A stretch of 64,000 nt of DNA from assembly GCA_963733375.1 (NCBI GenBank), contig CAVTDB010000025.1, forward strand, positions 32,001 through 96,000, read 5' to 3'. Positions 1-11,171 of this stretch are shown here, piece after piece (the first letter of the stretch is position 1; each line of letters opens with the position of its first letter). The translations under genes were made by a program, and so were the position numbers. Source of the stretch: Nitrospirota bacterium. Its GTDB lineage: Bacteria > Nitrospirota > JACRHJ01. Under the pieces are notes generated by a model, which saw nothing but the letters and a program-made list of their open reading frames with translations, did no database searches and was not told the origin of the DNA.

Positions 1-79
1 TGGCAATGAGGAAAAGGCGTACGCGCCTCCGGGCATTCAAATAATTTTAAGGATAATACCGTATTACGCGAAAATCAAG

Positions 80-112
80 AAAAAAGGCAGCCCGAACAGG
101 CCGCCTTTTTTT
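80..112 (-). terminator. Intrinsic terminator, possibly bidirectional
   Basis: On the minus strand GGCGGCC-loop-GGCTGCC stem, with A/T tracts on both sides, just downstream of the 135..461 ORF. Confidence 0.7.
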
Positions 113-134
113 AAACCAGATATGGGCTTCAACC

Positions 135-461
135 CTACTTTGCCTTTTTGTACTGGTAGGTTTCACCCATGAAGGAAACCGTAAGGATATCGGTACCGGG
201 GTCTCTTTTGACGTTGACTTCAATTGGTCCCATCGGCACGACCAGCGTGTTTTCGTCCTTTTTCTGCGCGGGCGTCTTGCCCTGGCTGCCTTCGTAGAAG
301 TACTGATCGCCTTCCTTGCTTATCTTAATTGTCTTGGAAGGCTCCGTCACCATAGCCCAGGTGCCGACCAGCGGGTCGCCCCCCGACTTGGCGCAGGCAA
401 ACATGAAGACAAGTGTGCCTATCAGCGCGGCCGTTGCAACTGTCACTAATACTCTTTTCAT
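135..461 (-). CDS. Small hypothetical lipoprotein
   Basis: Signal peptide with lipobox-like FAC; 'DPLVGTW' beta-rich start; AGGAGG SD upstream. Confidence 0.75.
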   Translation of the reverse strand: MKRVLVTVATAALIGTLVFMFACAKSGGDPLVGTWAMVTEPSKTIKISKEGDQYFYEGSQGKTPAQKKDENTLVVPMGPIEVNVKRDPGTDILTVSFMGETYQYKKAK

Positions 462-582
462 CTTTCCTCCTGCTTCCCTTGTTGAATAGAAGGCATAAGC
501 CCAATTAGCAAAAACCCTGTGATTTTAAAACATCAGGACGGGGATGTCAATAATAAACCTTATTTTACGGCAGGATAATTCC

Positions 583-2298
583 TTAGCATACTCCGCACGT
601 CCTGCACTTCCCGGGCACGCACCTGGGCGTATGGCGGGCCTGCCTCGCGCGCTCCCTTTCCTTCAGGAGATAATCCTTTTTTATCCCGGTATCCAGGAAG
701 TCCCACGGGAATTTTTCCTGAGCGCTTCTTTCCCTTGAGGCATAAACATCCATATCAAGACCTTCTTCCGCGAACGCCGCCTTCCAGTCCCCTCCGTTTT
801 CGGACGCGTTCAGGATAACCTTTGCAAGCCGCCGGTCGCCTCTTGCGAGTGCGGCCTGAAGGACGGCGTATTTCGGGACGTCATGCGTCACCGCCGTGTT
901 CGGGCCCTTGAGGGCCTTCGCTGATACGCTGAATTTTGCTTTTCAGCTTATCCGCCGGCAACATGGGCTCCCACTGGAACGGCGTCCACGGCTTCGGGAT
1001 GAAGCAGTTCACGCTCAGGGTTAAAGTGCCTATGCGGCCCTTCCCGCGCGCGGCGCTCAACATCTCCTCCCGCGCCCTCGATGCCAGCGCGATGATCTCC
1101 TCGATATCCTCGTCTTCCTCGGTCGGCAGGCCCACCATGAAATACAGCTTCACGTTCAGCACGCCCGCCTCTATAAGAGTCCGGACGGCGGTCAGCACCT
1201 GTGCCTCGGAAATATTTTTATTTATCACCGCGCGGAGCCGCTCGGAGCCTGCCTCCGGCGCGATGGCGACCGTCCTGTTGCCTTTGGAGACAAGCCTTGC
1301 CAGCTCAGGCGTCAACGAGTCCGCCCTAAGCGATGAAGCGGAGAAATTTATCTTCTCGTCTTTAAACTCGCTCGCAAGCTCCGCTATCTCCGGATAATCC
1401 GATACCGCCGAGCCTACCAGGCCGATTTTGCCTGCGAGTTTTCTGCCCTCTTCTATGTCTTTTTTAACCGACTCGAAACTGCGGTTCCTGGGGGGGCGGT
1501 AAACGTACCCGGCCATGCAGAAGCGGCAGTGCCTTCCGCAGCCCCGTGAAAGCTCTATCATGAACATATCCGAAAATTCCGTATCCGGCGTGATTATGGC
1601 GCTCTTCGCCGGGAACTTGTCCAGGTCTTTAACGTACCGCCTGACTACCTTCTCCGGCGCTCCGGGCGCGGCGGCAAGAGAGCGCAGGGTGCCGTCCGTA
1701 TTATATGATGGGGTATAAAGTGAGGGTATATAGACGCCGGGAATCCTGGAGAGCTCGGCCAGAAGCTCGCTTCGGGTGTGGGTGAGCTTTAACCTTTCGT
1801 ACTCGTCTAAAAACTCGTTTATCGACTCTTCCGCCTCGCCGACGATTACCGCGTCAAAAAAATCGGCAATCGGCTCGGGGTTGAAGAACGTGCAGACGCC
1901 GCCTAATATCAAGAGCGGGTGAGACTCGTCCCGGTCCCTGGAGAAAGGGGGTATCCCGGAGAGCCGGAGGAAGTCCGCCACCCCTGCATAATCATGCTCG
2001 AACGCGACCGAAAAACCCAGTAGCTCAAAATCCCGTGCCCTGGTCTTCGACTCGACGGAGGTTATCGGCGAAGACAGGGGCGCCGAGGGACCCTTCGGGT
2101 CCGGCAGGAACAGCCTCTCAGCTAAGGCGTTCCTGCGCGCGTTGATGATGCGGTATATCGTCTGATACCCGAGCGAGGACATCCCGACGTAATACGTCCC
2201 CGGAAATACCAGCCCTACCGTCGTCCTTCCGCCTCTGGGCTTTACTACAGCGCCTTTTTCACTTGTCGGCTCTGGCCGGTCCTGCTCTTTTTATGCAA
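583..2298 (-). CDS. B12-binding-type radical SAM protein (frameshifted; ORFs 881..2182 and 583..891 plus an upstream segment)
   Basis: SRGCGRHCRFC (CxxxCxxC), IAPEAGSERLR, KLYFMVGLPTE, C-terminal CxxxxCxxCxxC; upstream frame reads EKGAVVKP...VGLVFPGTYYVGMSSLG; start approximate. Confidence 0.85.
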
Positions 2299-2304
2299 CT
2301 TTAA

Positions 2305-3549
2305 TCAGTCCGCCTGCCTCCGTAAGAAAGTCGGGACGTCCAGTTCGTCCTCGTCGTCTATCCCCAGGGCTTCGTTCCGGAAATCGAGCCCCGCCACCTT
2401 CCTTAAATAAGCCGGCTTGTCCACCGCCTTGTCCACGAACGCCTTCACGTTCGAGGTCTTGCCGAGTATCTTCTCCTCGCCGAAGGACATCTCGGTTATT
2501 TCCGCGTTTCCCTGATAATTTTTCGGCGAAGGCCCGAAGTTCATCGCCTTCGGGAGGGCCTTCTCGTCCAGGCGCACCGCCTGGGTTACCGCGCTCTCCT
2601 CGAACCCGGTGGCGATAACCGTGACACAGACCTCGTCCGTCATGTCTTCATTGATTACGGAGCCGAATATGATGTTGGCTTCCGGGTGCGACGCCTCCTG
2701 GATTATCGTGGACGCTTCGATGACCTCGCTCATGGTGAGGTCCGGGCCGCCGGTGATGTTGATGAGCACGCCCCTGGCGCCGTCGATGGTGCCTTCCTCT
2801 AAGAGCGGGGAGGATATCGCCTTCTGCGCCGCCTCGACCGCGCGGTTGTCTCCCGCGGCCAGGCCGGTGCCCATTACCGCGCGTCCCATGGAGGACATGA
2901 CGGTCTTCACGTCGGCGAAATCCAGGTTGATGTACCCGTTCATCATTATGACGTCGGATATTCCCTGCACCGCCTGGCGGAGCACGTCGTCGACGATCGA
3001 GAACGCCTGCTTGAACGGCGTCCGCTTGTCTATCACGCCTAGAAGCCTCTGGTTCGGGATCGTGATGATGGTGTCCACGCATTTCTTCAGCTCGTCCAGT
3101 CCGAGCTCGGCCTGGCGCATCCTCTGCCTGCCCTCGAACATGAACGGCTTGGTTACGACCGCGACCGTCAGCGCGCCAAGTTCACGCGCTATCTGCGCGA
3201 TTACCGGCGCCGCGCCGGTGCCCGTGCCGCCGCCCATGCCGCAGGTGACGAAGACCATGTCCGCGCCGGTCAGGGCTTCGCGGATATTATCGAGGTCCTC
3301 CTGCGCCGCATGTCTTCCGACCGTCGGGTTCGCGCCCGCGCCAAGACCGCGCGTAAGCTCCGCCCCGAGCTGGACCTTGTGCGGCGCGTAAGAGCGCTCC
3401 AGCGCCTGCACGTCGGTATTGGCGGCTATAAACTCCACGCCCGCGAGGCCCGATGTTATCATCGTATTGATCGCGTTACCCCCGCCTCCGCCAACACCGA
3501 TTACCTTGATGTTCGCCCCCCTTCTTGCCTCCTCTTCAAATTCGAACAT
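2305..3549 (-). CDS. ftsZ: Cell division GTPase FtsZ
   Basis: [22 protein letters not shown] tubulin signature, INLDFADV, C-terminal [12 protein letters not shown]. Confidence 0.98.
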   Translation of the reverse strand: MFEFEEEARRGANIKVIGVGGGGGNAINTMITSGLAGVEFIAANTDVQALERSYAPHKVQLGAELTRGLGAGANPTVGRHAAQEDLDNIREALTGADMVFVTCGMGGGTGTGAAPVIAQIARELGALTVAVVTKPFMFEGRQRMRQAELGLDELKKCVDTIITIPNQRLLGVIDKRTPFKQAFSIVDDVLRQAVQGISDVIMMNGYINLDFADVKTVMSSMGRAVMGTGLAAGDNRAVEAAQKAISSPLLEEGTIDGARGVLINITGGPDLTMSEVIEASTIIQEASHPEANIIFGSVINEDMTDEVCVTVIATGFEESAVTQAVRLDEKALPKAMNFGPSPKNYQGNAEITEMSFGEEKILGKTSNVKAFVDKAVDKPAYLRKVAGLDFRNEALGIDDEDELDVPTFLRRQAD

Positions 3550-3564
3550 CTTGCCCCCTTTCGT

Positions 3565-4797
3565 TTAGAAGAAATTCTCCACCCATTCCCGCATCCTGCC
3601 TATAACTTTCGCAAAAAGATTGCCGTCCGAGATCCTCTTGACCTTCCCGGCGCCCGTCTGCTGCGCGCCGAAAAGGACCAGGCCCACGCCGGTCGCGTAC
3701 ATTGGCGAGTTCACTACGTCCACGAGACCCCCGATGTTCATGGGCAGCCCGCGCCGCGCCGGCATTTCCATCACGCGCTCGGCCGCTTCCGGGATGCCGT
3801 CCATTATCGCCGTCCCGCCGGTTATAACGACCCCGGAGGCTATACGGTCCTCGAACCCGGTCTTCCTGAACTCCTTCAGCACCAGCCCGAAAATCTCCTC
3901 GATGCGCGGCTCTATTATCTCGGCGAGCACCTGGCGGGAAAGTACCCTGGGCGGCCTTCCGCCGACGCTCGCGACTTCTATGGTCTCGTCGTCCCGCACC
4001 ATGTTCGTAAGCGCGCAGCCGTACCTTTTCTTTATTTTTTCCGCCTCGGCCGCCGGCGTCCTGAGCCCCACCGCAATATCGTTCGTCAGATGGTTTCCGC
4101 CTATCGCGATCACGGCGGTATGCCATATCCCGCCCTCGACGAATATGGCCAGGTCGGTCGTCCCGCCGCCCACGTCCACCACGGCGACTCCCAGTTCTTT
4201 CTCGTCGTTACTGAGTACGGAATGGCTCGAAGCCAGCGGCTCGAGTACGATGTCCAGCACGTCCAGGCCCGCGCGGTTGCAGCTCTTGATGATGTTCTGC
4301 GCGGATGTAACGGCGCCGGTCACGATATGCACCTCCGCCTCCAGCCGCACTCCGCTCATCCCCAGGGGCTCCCTTATCCCGTCCTGGTCGTCGATAGCGA
4401 ACTCCTGGGGGAGCACATGCAATATCTCGCGGTCAAGCGGTATCGCCACCGCCTTCGCCGCCTCGATGACGCGCTCCACGTCGGCCTTGGATATTTCGCG
4501 GTCCTTTATAGCTATGACACCCCTGCTGTTGAAACTTTTGATATGGCTTCCGGCGATGCCCGTGAAGACCGCGTTGATCTCCACGCCCGCCATCAGCTCG
4601 GCCTCTTCGACCGCCTTTTTTATCGACTCGACAGTGCTCTCGATGTTGACGACTACGCCTTTCCTCAGGCCCCTGGACGGATGACTGCCTATCCCTATGA
4701 TGTCTATCCTGCCGTCTTCCTTGACCTCGCCGACTATGGCGCAAATCTTGGTGGTCCCGATATCGAGGCCTACGACTATGTTGTCTTTTTTCGCCAA
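3565..4797 (-). CDS. ftsA: Cell division protein FtsA
   Basis: GLDIGTTKI, DVGGGTTD, GVVITGG, YATGVGL; position in the dcw cluster. Confidence 0.98.
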   Translation of the reverse strand: MAKKDNIVVGLDIGTTKICAIVGEVKEDGRIDIIGIGSHPSRGLRKGVVVNIESTVESIKKAVEEAELMAGVEINAVFTGIAGSHIKSFNSRGVIAIKDREISKADVERVIEAAKAVAIPLDREILHVLPQEFAIDDQDGIREPLGMSGVRLEAEVHIVTGAVTSAQNIIKSCNRAGLDVLDIVLEPLASSHSVLSNDEKELGVAVVDVGGGTTDLAIFVEGGIWHTAVIAIGGNHLTNDIAVGLRTPAAEAEKIKKRYGCALTNMVRDDETIEVASVGGRPPRVLSRQVLAEIIEPRIEEIFGLVLKEFRKTGFEDRIASGVVITGGTAIMDGIPEAAERVMEMPARRGLPMNIGGLVDVVNSPMYATGVGLVLFGAQQTGAGKVKRISDGNLFAKVIGRMREWVENFF

Positions 4798-4815
4798 GTC
4801 CTCACCTCCTTTCTT

Positions 4816-5638
4816 TCAGAATGTCCGCGCCTGAAGCGACTGGGACGGCTGGCCTTCCTTCACCACTACCTTGCCCGGGAACCGAAGGTCGATAAGCTCG
4901 GCCTTTAAGCCACGCCTGACAATGTCGGCCTCAACATCCGCAAGCCGCTTCACCTTATCCGGGTATCCGCCGGAGCCCACCTTGACCACGGCGTCGCGGA
5001 TCAATATGCAAGGAGAGCCGTCCCTGCATACCCCGACATTCGCGAAGGCGAGCGGCCCTCTGCTCCCGCGTACGATCTTGAAAAGCCGAAAGGCATTCAT
5101 AAGAGATCCAGCCGTCTTCGGGTCCAGTATCCTGAGGCCCTGCGATGACGGGTACCTTACAACGGGTAAAAATTCCCAGCCCGGCTGGGTTACCCTGCGC
5201 AAGCGCAAATCCGTCCGCGTCCATGAGATACTTCCCGGCGCCAGTCTGCACGACCGCCGCCGGGACCCTCTCCGTCAGCTCGAACCGGACCTCGTCCGGG
5301 AACTCGCGGCGCACCAGCCCCGATTTTATCCAGGGATGGCCGCCTATCTTTTCCATCGCGCCCTTCATGTCATAGGATAAGACGCTCTCCCCCTTGGGGT
5401 CGCCGACAAACCCGATGAAATCGTCCTCTCGCACGTATTTAAGACCTTCCACCCGGACTTGCTTTATGGTAAAAAGCGGCATCCGGCATACGTACCTGAC
5501 CGCGGCGCGGGCCGCTCTCGGCACGAAGAACGCCGCCGCGGCCAATATTATAAGGACGGCAACCAGGCGCAGTATCTTCCTGCCCGCTTTCTTTCCGCGT
5601 ACCTTAGGCTTTGAGCTCTTACGGCCGACAGTCCTCAT
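4816..5638 (-). CDS. ftsQ: Cell division protein FtsQ (frameshifted)
   Basis: Basic N-terminus, single TM, POTRA (HPWIKSGLVRREFPD..ERVP), C-terminal IDLRF in the 4816..5208 frame; lies between ddl and ftsA. Confidence 0.88.
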
Positions 5639-6557
5639 TTACGCCTCAGCGCCCCTTCGAGCATAAGCTCTATAAGCTGCACAAAACTTAAACCCGCCGC
5701 AGCGCGGCCTTCGGGAGAAGGCTTGTCGATGTCATACCCGGAAGCGTGTTCATCTCCAGGACGTACGGGTTTCCCTCCCGGTCCACGCGGAAGTCCACGC
5801 GCGCGTATCCGTATCCCTGCAGGACGGAAAATACTTCCTTTGCCAGCGCCTTCACCCGTTTCTCAAGAGCTTCGTCCAGCTCCGCCGGACAGACATATTT
5901 AGTGTCGTGGGTCAGGTACTTTGCGTCGTAATCGTAGACCCCGCTCTTGGGGACTATCTCCACCAGGGGCAGGGCGTTGCCGCCCAGTATCCCGGCCGTC
6001 ACTTCGCGCCCCTCGATGTATTTCTCCACGACCGCTTCCATATCGTGCGAGAAGGCCAGCTCAAGCGCGGGGGCCAGCTCATCCTCGGAATACACGAAGC
6101 TCATGCCGATGGTCGAGCCCTGGGTGGAAGGCTTCACCACCACCGGATAACCGATGCGGCCCACTGAAGACGCATCGGAGTCCTTCGTAAGCGTCACGAA
6201 TTCCGCCGTCGGGATATCATGGTACTTCAGAAGCTTCTTTGTAATCGCCTTGTCCATCGCGATCGCCGAGCCTGTTACGCCCGTGCCGGTATAAGGCAGG
6301 CCCATCGTTTCCAGCAGGCCCTGCACCGTTCCGTCCTCGCCGAATTTACCGTGGAGCGCGAGGAACACCAGGTCGGGCTTGATGTCATAGAGCTCCTGCA
6401 CCAGCCCCGGCCCGTCGTACACCACCGGCGTCGCATTGTATCCCGCATCCTTGAGCGCATCCAGAACCGCCGCGCCGGAAGAAAGAGAGACTTCCCTCTC
6501 CGCCGAAAGGCCGCCCATCAGGACTGCTATTTTTTTATTCGCTAAAATATCTAACAT
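5635..6557 (-). CDS. ddl: D-alanine--D-alanine ligase (frameshift near the C-terminus)
   Basis: GGLSAEREVSLSSG, LHGKFGEDG, LEMNTLPGMT; the alternative frame continues GLSFVQLIELML and stops overlapping the ftsQ ATG. Confidence 0.95.
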
Positions 6558-6568
6558 TCAAAACCCTT

Positions 6569-6656
6569 GTTACTTTTCTTTCGAGAAAGAAAAGTAACCA
6601 AAAGAAAGCTGGACAGTTTAAAAGTTTTTGGCGTTACCTTTTTACAAAAAGGTAAC
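6569..6656. repeat. Bipartite AT-rich hairpin/mirror repeat, locus 1
   Basis: GTTACTTTTCTTTC-GA-GAAAGAAAAGTAAC-CAAAAGAAAGC ... AAAGTTTTTGGC-GTTACCTTTTT-AC-AAAAAGGTAAC; related copies at 23645, 36049, 54691, 61786. Confidence 0.9.
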
Positions 6657-6659
6657 GGT

Positions 6660-7574
6660 TTACTCTTTCCCCACGATCTTGACTTCCGGCTCCAGCTCTA
6701 TCCCCGTCTTGTCCTTGACTTTCGCCTTTACGAGTTCCATTAAAGCGATAAAATCTTTCGCGGTCGCGTTCCCCGTGTTGATTAAAAAATTTGCGTGCCT
6801 GTCTGATACCGCCGCCCCGCCGACGGATAACCCTTTCAGTCCCGCCCCCTCTATCAGTTGCCAGGCCTTCTTGCCGGGAGGGTTTTTGAAAGTAGAGCCT
6901 GCGCTCTTCGCGCTTAACGGCTGGGAGGCCTTTCTCTTGCTTATATATTCCGCCGCTCTAGCCTTTATCTCTTCGGCGGCGCCGGGCGTAAGCTTGAACC
7001 ACGCCTCCGTCACCGCCGAATTTTCCGGTATGCCGCCATGCCTGTATTTTTTCTCGGCCTCTCCCGAAGTCATCCCGGATATTTCGCCGTTTTCATTTAC
7101 AAGTTGAATTTTATATAAAACATCTTTTATTTCATAACCGTATGCGCCCGCGTTCATATAGACCGCGCCTCCGACGGTGCCGGGGATGCCGGAGGCGAAC
7201 TCCAGGCCGGAGAGCCCCTCCTCCGCGCAGAAACTCGCGAGCTTGGGAAGAGGCGTACCCGCGCCGGTGCGGACCAGCGCCGTTTCCTTCTCCCGGCCCT
7301 CGATTGATATCCAGTTCAGTTTCGAGAGGTTTATCACCAGTCCCTCTATTCCCCCGTCGCGCGCTAAAAGGTTCGTCCCGTTTCCGAAAATGAATACCGG
7401 CACTCCCGCCTCCCGCGCCGTTTTCATAAGTGCCGCGAGAGCTCCCGCGTCTTCCGGGAATGCCATAACCTCCGCCGGGCCGCCCAGCGACAGCGAAGTA
7501 TGTTTCGACATCGGCTCCGAGAGCCTTGCTTCACCGGCGAAATCAAGCATGGCAATAAGCTCGGCCGCGTTCAT
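6660..7574 (-). CDS. murB: UDP-N-acetylenolpyruvoylglucosamine reductase
   Basis: GNGTNLL, GLEFASGIPGTVGGAVYMNAGAYG, SAGSTFKNP, HANFLIN, LEPEV. Confidence 0.97.
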   Translation of the reverse strand: MNAAELIAMLDFAGEARLSEPMSKHTSLSLGGPAEVMAFPEDAGALAALMKTAREAGVPVFIFGNGTNLLARDGGIEGLVINLSKLNWISIEGREKETALVRTGAGTPLPKLASFCAEEGLSGLEFASGIPGTVGGAVYMNAGAYGYEIKDVLYKIQLVNENGEISGMTSGEAEKKYRHGGIPENSAVTEAWFKLTPGAAEEIKARAAEYISKRKASQPLSAKSAGSTFKNPPGKKAWQLIEGAGLKGLSVGGAAVSDRHANFLINTGNATAKDFIALMELVKAKVKDKTGIELEPEVKIVGKE

Positions 7575-8948
7575 GGAGTATTCATCTCTTCAAGGAACGC
7601 CTCGCCCACCTTCCAGACGTCGCCCGCGCCAAGCGTTATCACGAGGTCGCCCGGCCTCGCCACTTCCTTAAGCCACTCGACCGCTTTGTCCTGCGTCTGG
7701 ATATACGAGGCGTCTTTATGGCCGCGGCTTTTGATGCCTTCGTATAAATTCTTCGCGCTTATGCCGTCGATAGGTTTTTCACCAGCCGGATATATGTCCA
7801 TAACCGCCAGCTTGTCCGCCTGGTTGAACGCGGTGAAGAAATCCTTCATCAGGTCGCGCGTGCGGGTGTAGCGGTGCGGCTGGAAAATAACCACCGTCCG
7901 CCTGTCCCAGCCTGCCTTCGCGCCCGCGAGCGTCGCCTTTATCTCCGTCGGGTGGTGGCCGTAATCGTCCACGACCGTTATGCCGCCGACCTCGCCTTTT
8001 ACATAGAACCGCCTGTGCAGTCCTCCGTACTCCGCCAGCGCCCCGCGTATGACTTCCGCCGGGATGTCCAGCTCTAGCGCTACGGATATCGCGGCCAGGG
8101 AGTTGTACACGCTGTGCTGGCCCGGCACGGAGAGCTTGAAGCGGCCCAGGCTCTCGCCCCTTTTGATTACTTCGAATTCCGAACCCATCCCGCCGAACTC
8201 TATGTTCCTGGCGTAGAGGTCCGCCTGCGAACTTAAGCCGTATGTGGACATACCTTTTCTTAACTTGCGGAATAAGATCCTGTATATGCTCCACGTCCAG
8301 GCAGAGCACCGCGAGGCCGTAGAACGGGATCTTGTTTATGAACTGCAGGAATGCCGCCTTAATCTCTTCTATGCCTTTCGTGTAGTGGTCCAGATGCTCT
8401 TCGTCGATGTTCGTCACCACCGCGATAGTCGGCGAGAGCATCAGGAAGCTGCCGTCGGACTCGTCCGCCTCCGCCACCAGGAACTCGCCCTGCCCCAGCT
8501 TCGCGCCCGCCCCGAAAATATTAAGCTTGCCCCCGATTACCACCGTCGGGTCGATGCCGCCCTTCGAGAGTATGGTGGATATCATGGAGGTGGTGGTGGT
8601 CTTTCCGTGCGCGCCCGCGATGGCTATCCCGTATTTAAGGCGCATCAGTTCCGCCAGCATCTCCGCACGCGGTATCACGGGGACCTGCCGCTCCCTCGCC
8701 GCCGCCACTTCGGGGTTATCCTCCTTGACGGCTGAAGATATGACGACGACGTCCGCGCCTTCGATGTTTGAGGACGCGTGCCCTATGAATATCTTCGCGC
8801 CTAAAGACTCAAGTCTCTTGGTGGTGTCGGTCTCTTTAAGGTCGGAGCCGCCGATTTTATATCCGAGGTTTATCAGGACTTCGGCGATCCCGCTCATCCC
8901 GACGCCGCCTATGCCCACGAAATGTATCCTCTGGTACTTCTTATACAT
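7571..8948 (-). CDS. murC: UDP-N-acetylmuramate--L-alanine ligase (frameshifted near 8250)
   Basis: [32 protein letters not shown]; second ORF has DDYGHHPTE and FQPHRYTRT. Confidence 0.96.
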
Positions 8949-8958
8949 GAAGACTCCT

Positions 8959-10051
8959 TTATGCCGCCGCAGCCTCTTTGCATATTCTCAGCACCTGGGC
9001 CGCGGCCTCCGGCTTTCCAAGGGCTTTAGAGCGCTCTTCCATCTTCAGAAGGGATTCTATATTCAGGAGCAGTCCCTTTATCTCGCCCGCCAGCCTCTCG
9101 CCCGTCGCCTCGGAATCCAGCACCACTATGGCCGCCCCGGCGTCCTGCAGTTCGCGCGCGTTGACCTCCTGATGGTTATCCGCGGCGAATGGATAAGGTA
9201 TGAGGACGGCAGGCTTGCCAAGCGCTGTGACCTCCGCGATCGTGAGCGCCCCGGAGCGGCAGATTACAAGGTCCGCGCACGCGTATGCCGGCGCCATGTC
9301 GTATATATAGGGCATTACGCGCGGAGGTGAACCCGGCCTTCTCATATGCGGCGGCCGTCTCCTCGAAATCCCTCTCGCCTGTCTGATGGATAAACTGAAG
9401 TTTATGTTTCATATCCATGAGCTTCGGCAGGGCGCCCGCGACGGCCTTGTTTATCTTCGTCGCCCCGCCGCTCCCGCCGGTAACCAATATAGTGATCCTT
9501 TCCTGTTCCAGCCGCAGCGCGCTTAGCGCGTCTTCTCTCTTTATCCCAAGCAGTCCCAGCCTGATGGGGTTGCCGGTCAGGACGCATTTGTGCTTCGGGA
9601 AAAAACTCCTGGCGGCCTGAAATCCGAGGCATATACGGTCCGCTATTTTCCCAAGCAACTTGTTGGCGAGGCCGGGCACCGCGTTCTGCTCCTGGAGGAT
9701 TACCGGTTTTCCCATAATCTTTGCCGCAAGCACCGCCGGGAACGAGGCATAGCCGCCGACGCCCAGGACGGCGTCGGGCCCGAAGGCGCTGATTACTCTC
9801 CCGGCCTCGGCGACTCCCGCCGGAATGGATAAAAGCGTTTTTATCTTTTGTGAAGCGCCCATCCCCTTGAACCTGCCCGCGTTTATCAGTTTCAGATTGA
9901 AGCCTTCCCTGGGGACCACCCTCGTCTCTATGCCCCGCGCCGTGCCTACGAACAAGACCTCGATGCCGTCCTTTTTCGCCTCCGCCGCCACCGCGATCCC
10001 GGGATATAGATGGCCGCCGGTGCCGCCTCCGGCGATTAAAATTTTTTTCAC
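8959..10051 (-). CDS. murG: Undecaprenyl-PP-MurNAc-pentapeptide GlcNAc transferase (frameshifted near 9340)
   Basis: [29 protein letters not shown]; second ORF has [11 protein letters not shown] and HQEVNA; GTG at 10051. Confidence 0.95.
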
Positions 10052-11167
10052 ATGCGGTAGCGCCCCCGGGTCCTCTTGCCGCCGCTGGCCGCGCGCCACG
10101 CTCAGCATGATGCCTACCGACATAAGCGCCACAAGCACCGAGGAGCCGCCCGCGCTTATGAACGGGAGCGGCATCCCCTTGTTCGGGAAGAGCCCCGTCG
10201 CGACGCCCATATTAATGAGCGCCTGAAGCCCTATCATCAGGGTGAGCGAGAATACCAGGAGCTGGCCGAACGGGTCCTTGCAGCGAAGCGCGAGCCTCAT
10301 GCCGAACAGGGTGAACAGCAGGAAGAGGAAGGCCACGGCGGCCGCGCCGATAAGCCCGAACTCCTCGCCGATGACGGAAAAAATAAAGTCGTTGTGCGGC
10401 TCCGGCAGGAACAGGAGCTTCTGCCTGCTCTGGCCGAGGCCCACGCCGGTCAGGCCGCCCCCGCCGAACGCAAGGAACGACTGGATGGTCTGGAACCCGG
10501 CGCCTAAAGGGTCGCTCCAGGGGTCCATGAAAGAGTGCAGGCGGTTTTTACGGAAACCCACCTTGAATAGCTGGAGGTAAAGAAAGGGCAGCGCCCCCAG
10601 CGCCAGCGCGCCTAAATGGGATAACTTGGCCCCGCTTACGAACAGCATCATGACAATTACCGCGCATATCGCGGCGGCCGTGCCTAAGTCCGGCTCCAGC
10701 ACGATTAAAAGGACGAGCGTCCCGCAGATGAAGAGGTACGGCCCGACGCCGGTCCAGAAGTCGGTCAGCTTGTCCGCCCTTTTCGAAAGCGAAGCGGCGA
10801 CGAATGTAAACAGCGCGGGCTTTGTGAACTCAGAGGCCTGGAACGAGAAGCCGGCGAGCCTTATCCAGCGCCTCGCGCCGTTTATCTCCGGGCCGACCAG
10901 GGTCACTATCAGCAGGATGAAGCATATGATGAGCGCCGGGAGCGAGAGCTTCCGGAAGATTTTATAGTCCAGCTTCCATGCGGCCAGCATCGCCGCCAGC
11001 CCCGCCGCGGCCCAGACGACCTGCCTCTTCAGGAAATACGCGGAGTCGTTGTGATACTTAAGCGCCATGACCGAGCTTGCGGAATACACCATCACAAGCC
11101 CGAAGGACAGCAGGATGAGCGTTATGAAAAAGATTATGCTGTCTTCCCTGAAATTTTTTAATTTCAT
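10048..11167 (-). CDS. ftsW: Peptidoglycan polymerase FtsW
   Basis: GLVMVYSASS, INGARRWI, LPEPHNDFIFSVIGEEFG, GMPLPFISAGGSS; reads in frame into murG in this assembly. Confidence 0.95.
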
Positions 11168-11171
11168 AAGG

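Noticed and set aside
2609-4908. Long antisense ORFs (e.g. 3310..4908, 532 aa)
   Set aside because: Shadow frames of GC-rich ftsZ/ftsA with no recognisable motifs.
9176-11167. Apparent FtsW-MurG fusion ORF
   Set aside because: The junction has ATGTGA with a GTG start at 10051, next to a G homopolymer. One indel restores the normal overlap, and indels are pervasive in this window.
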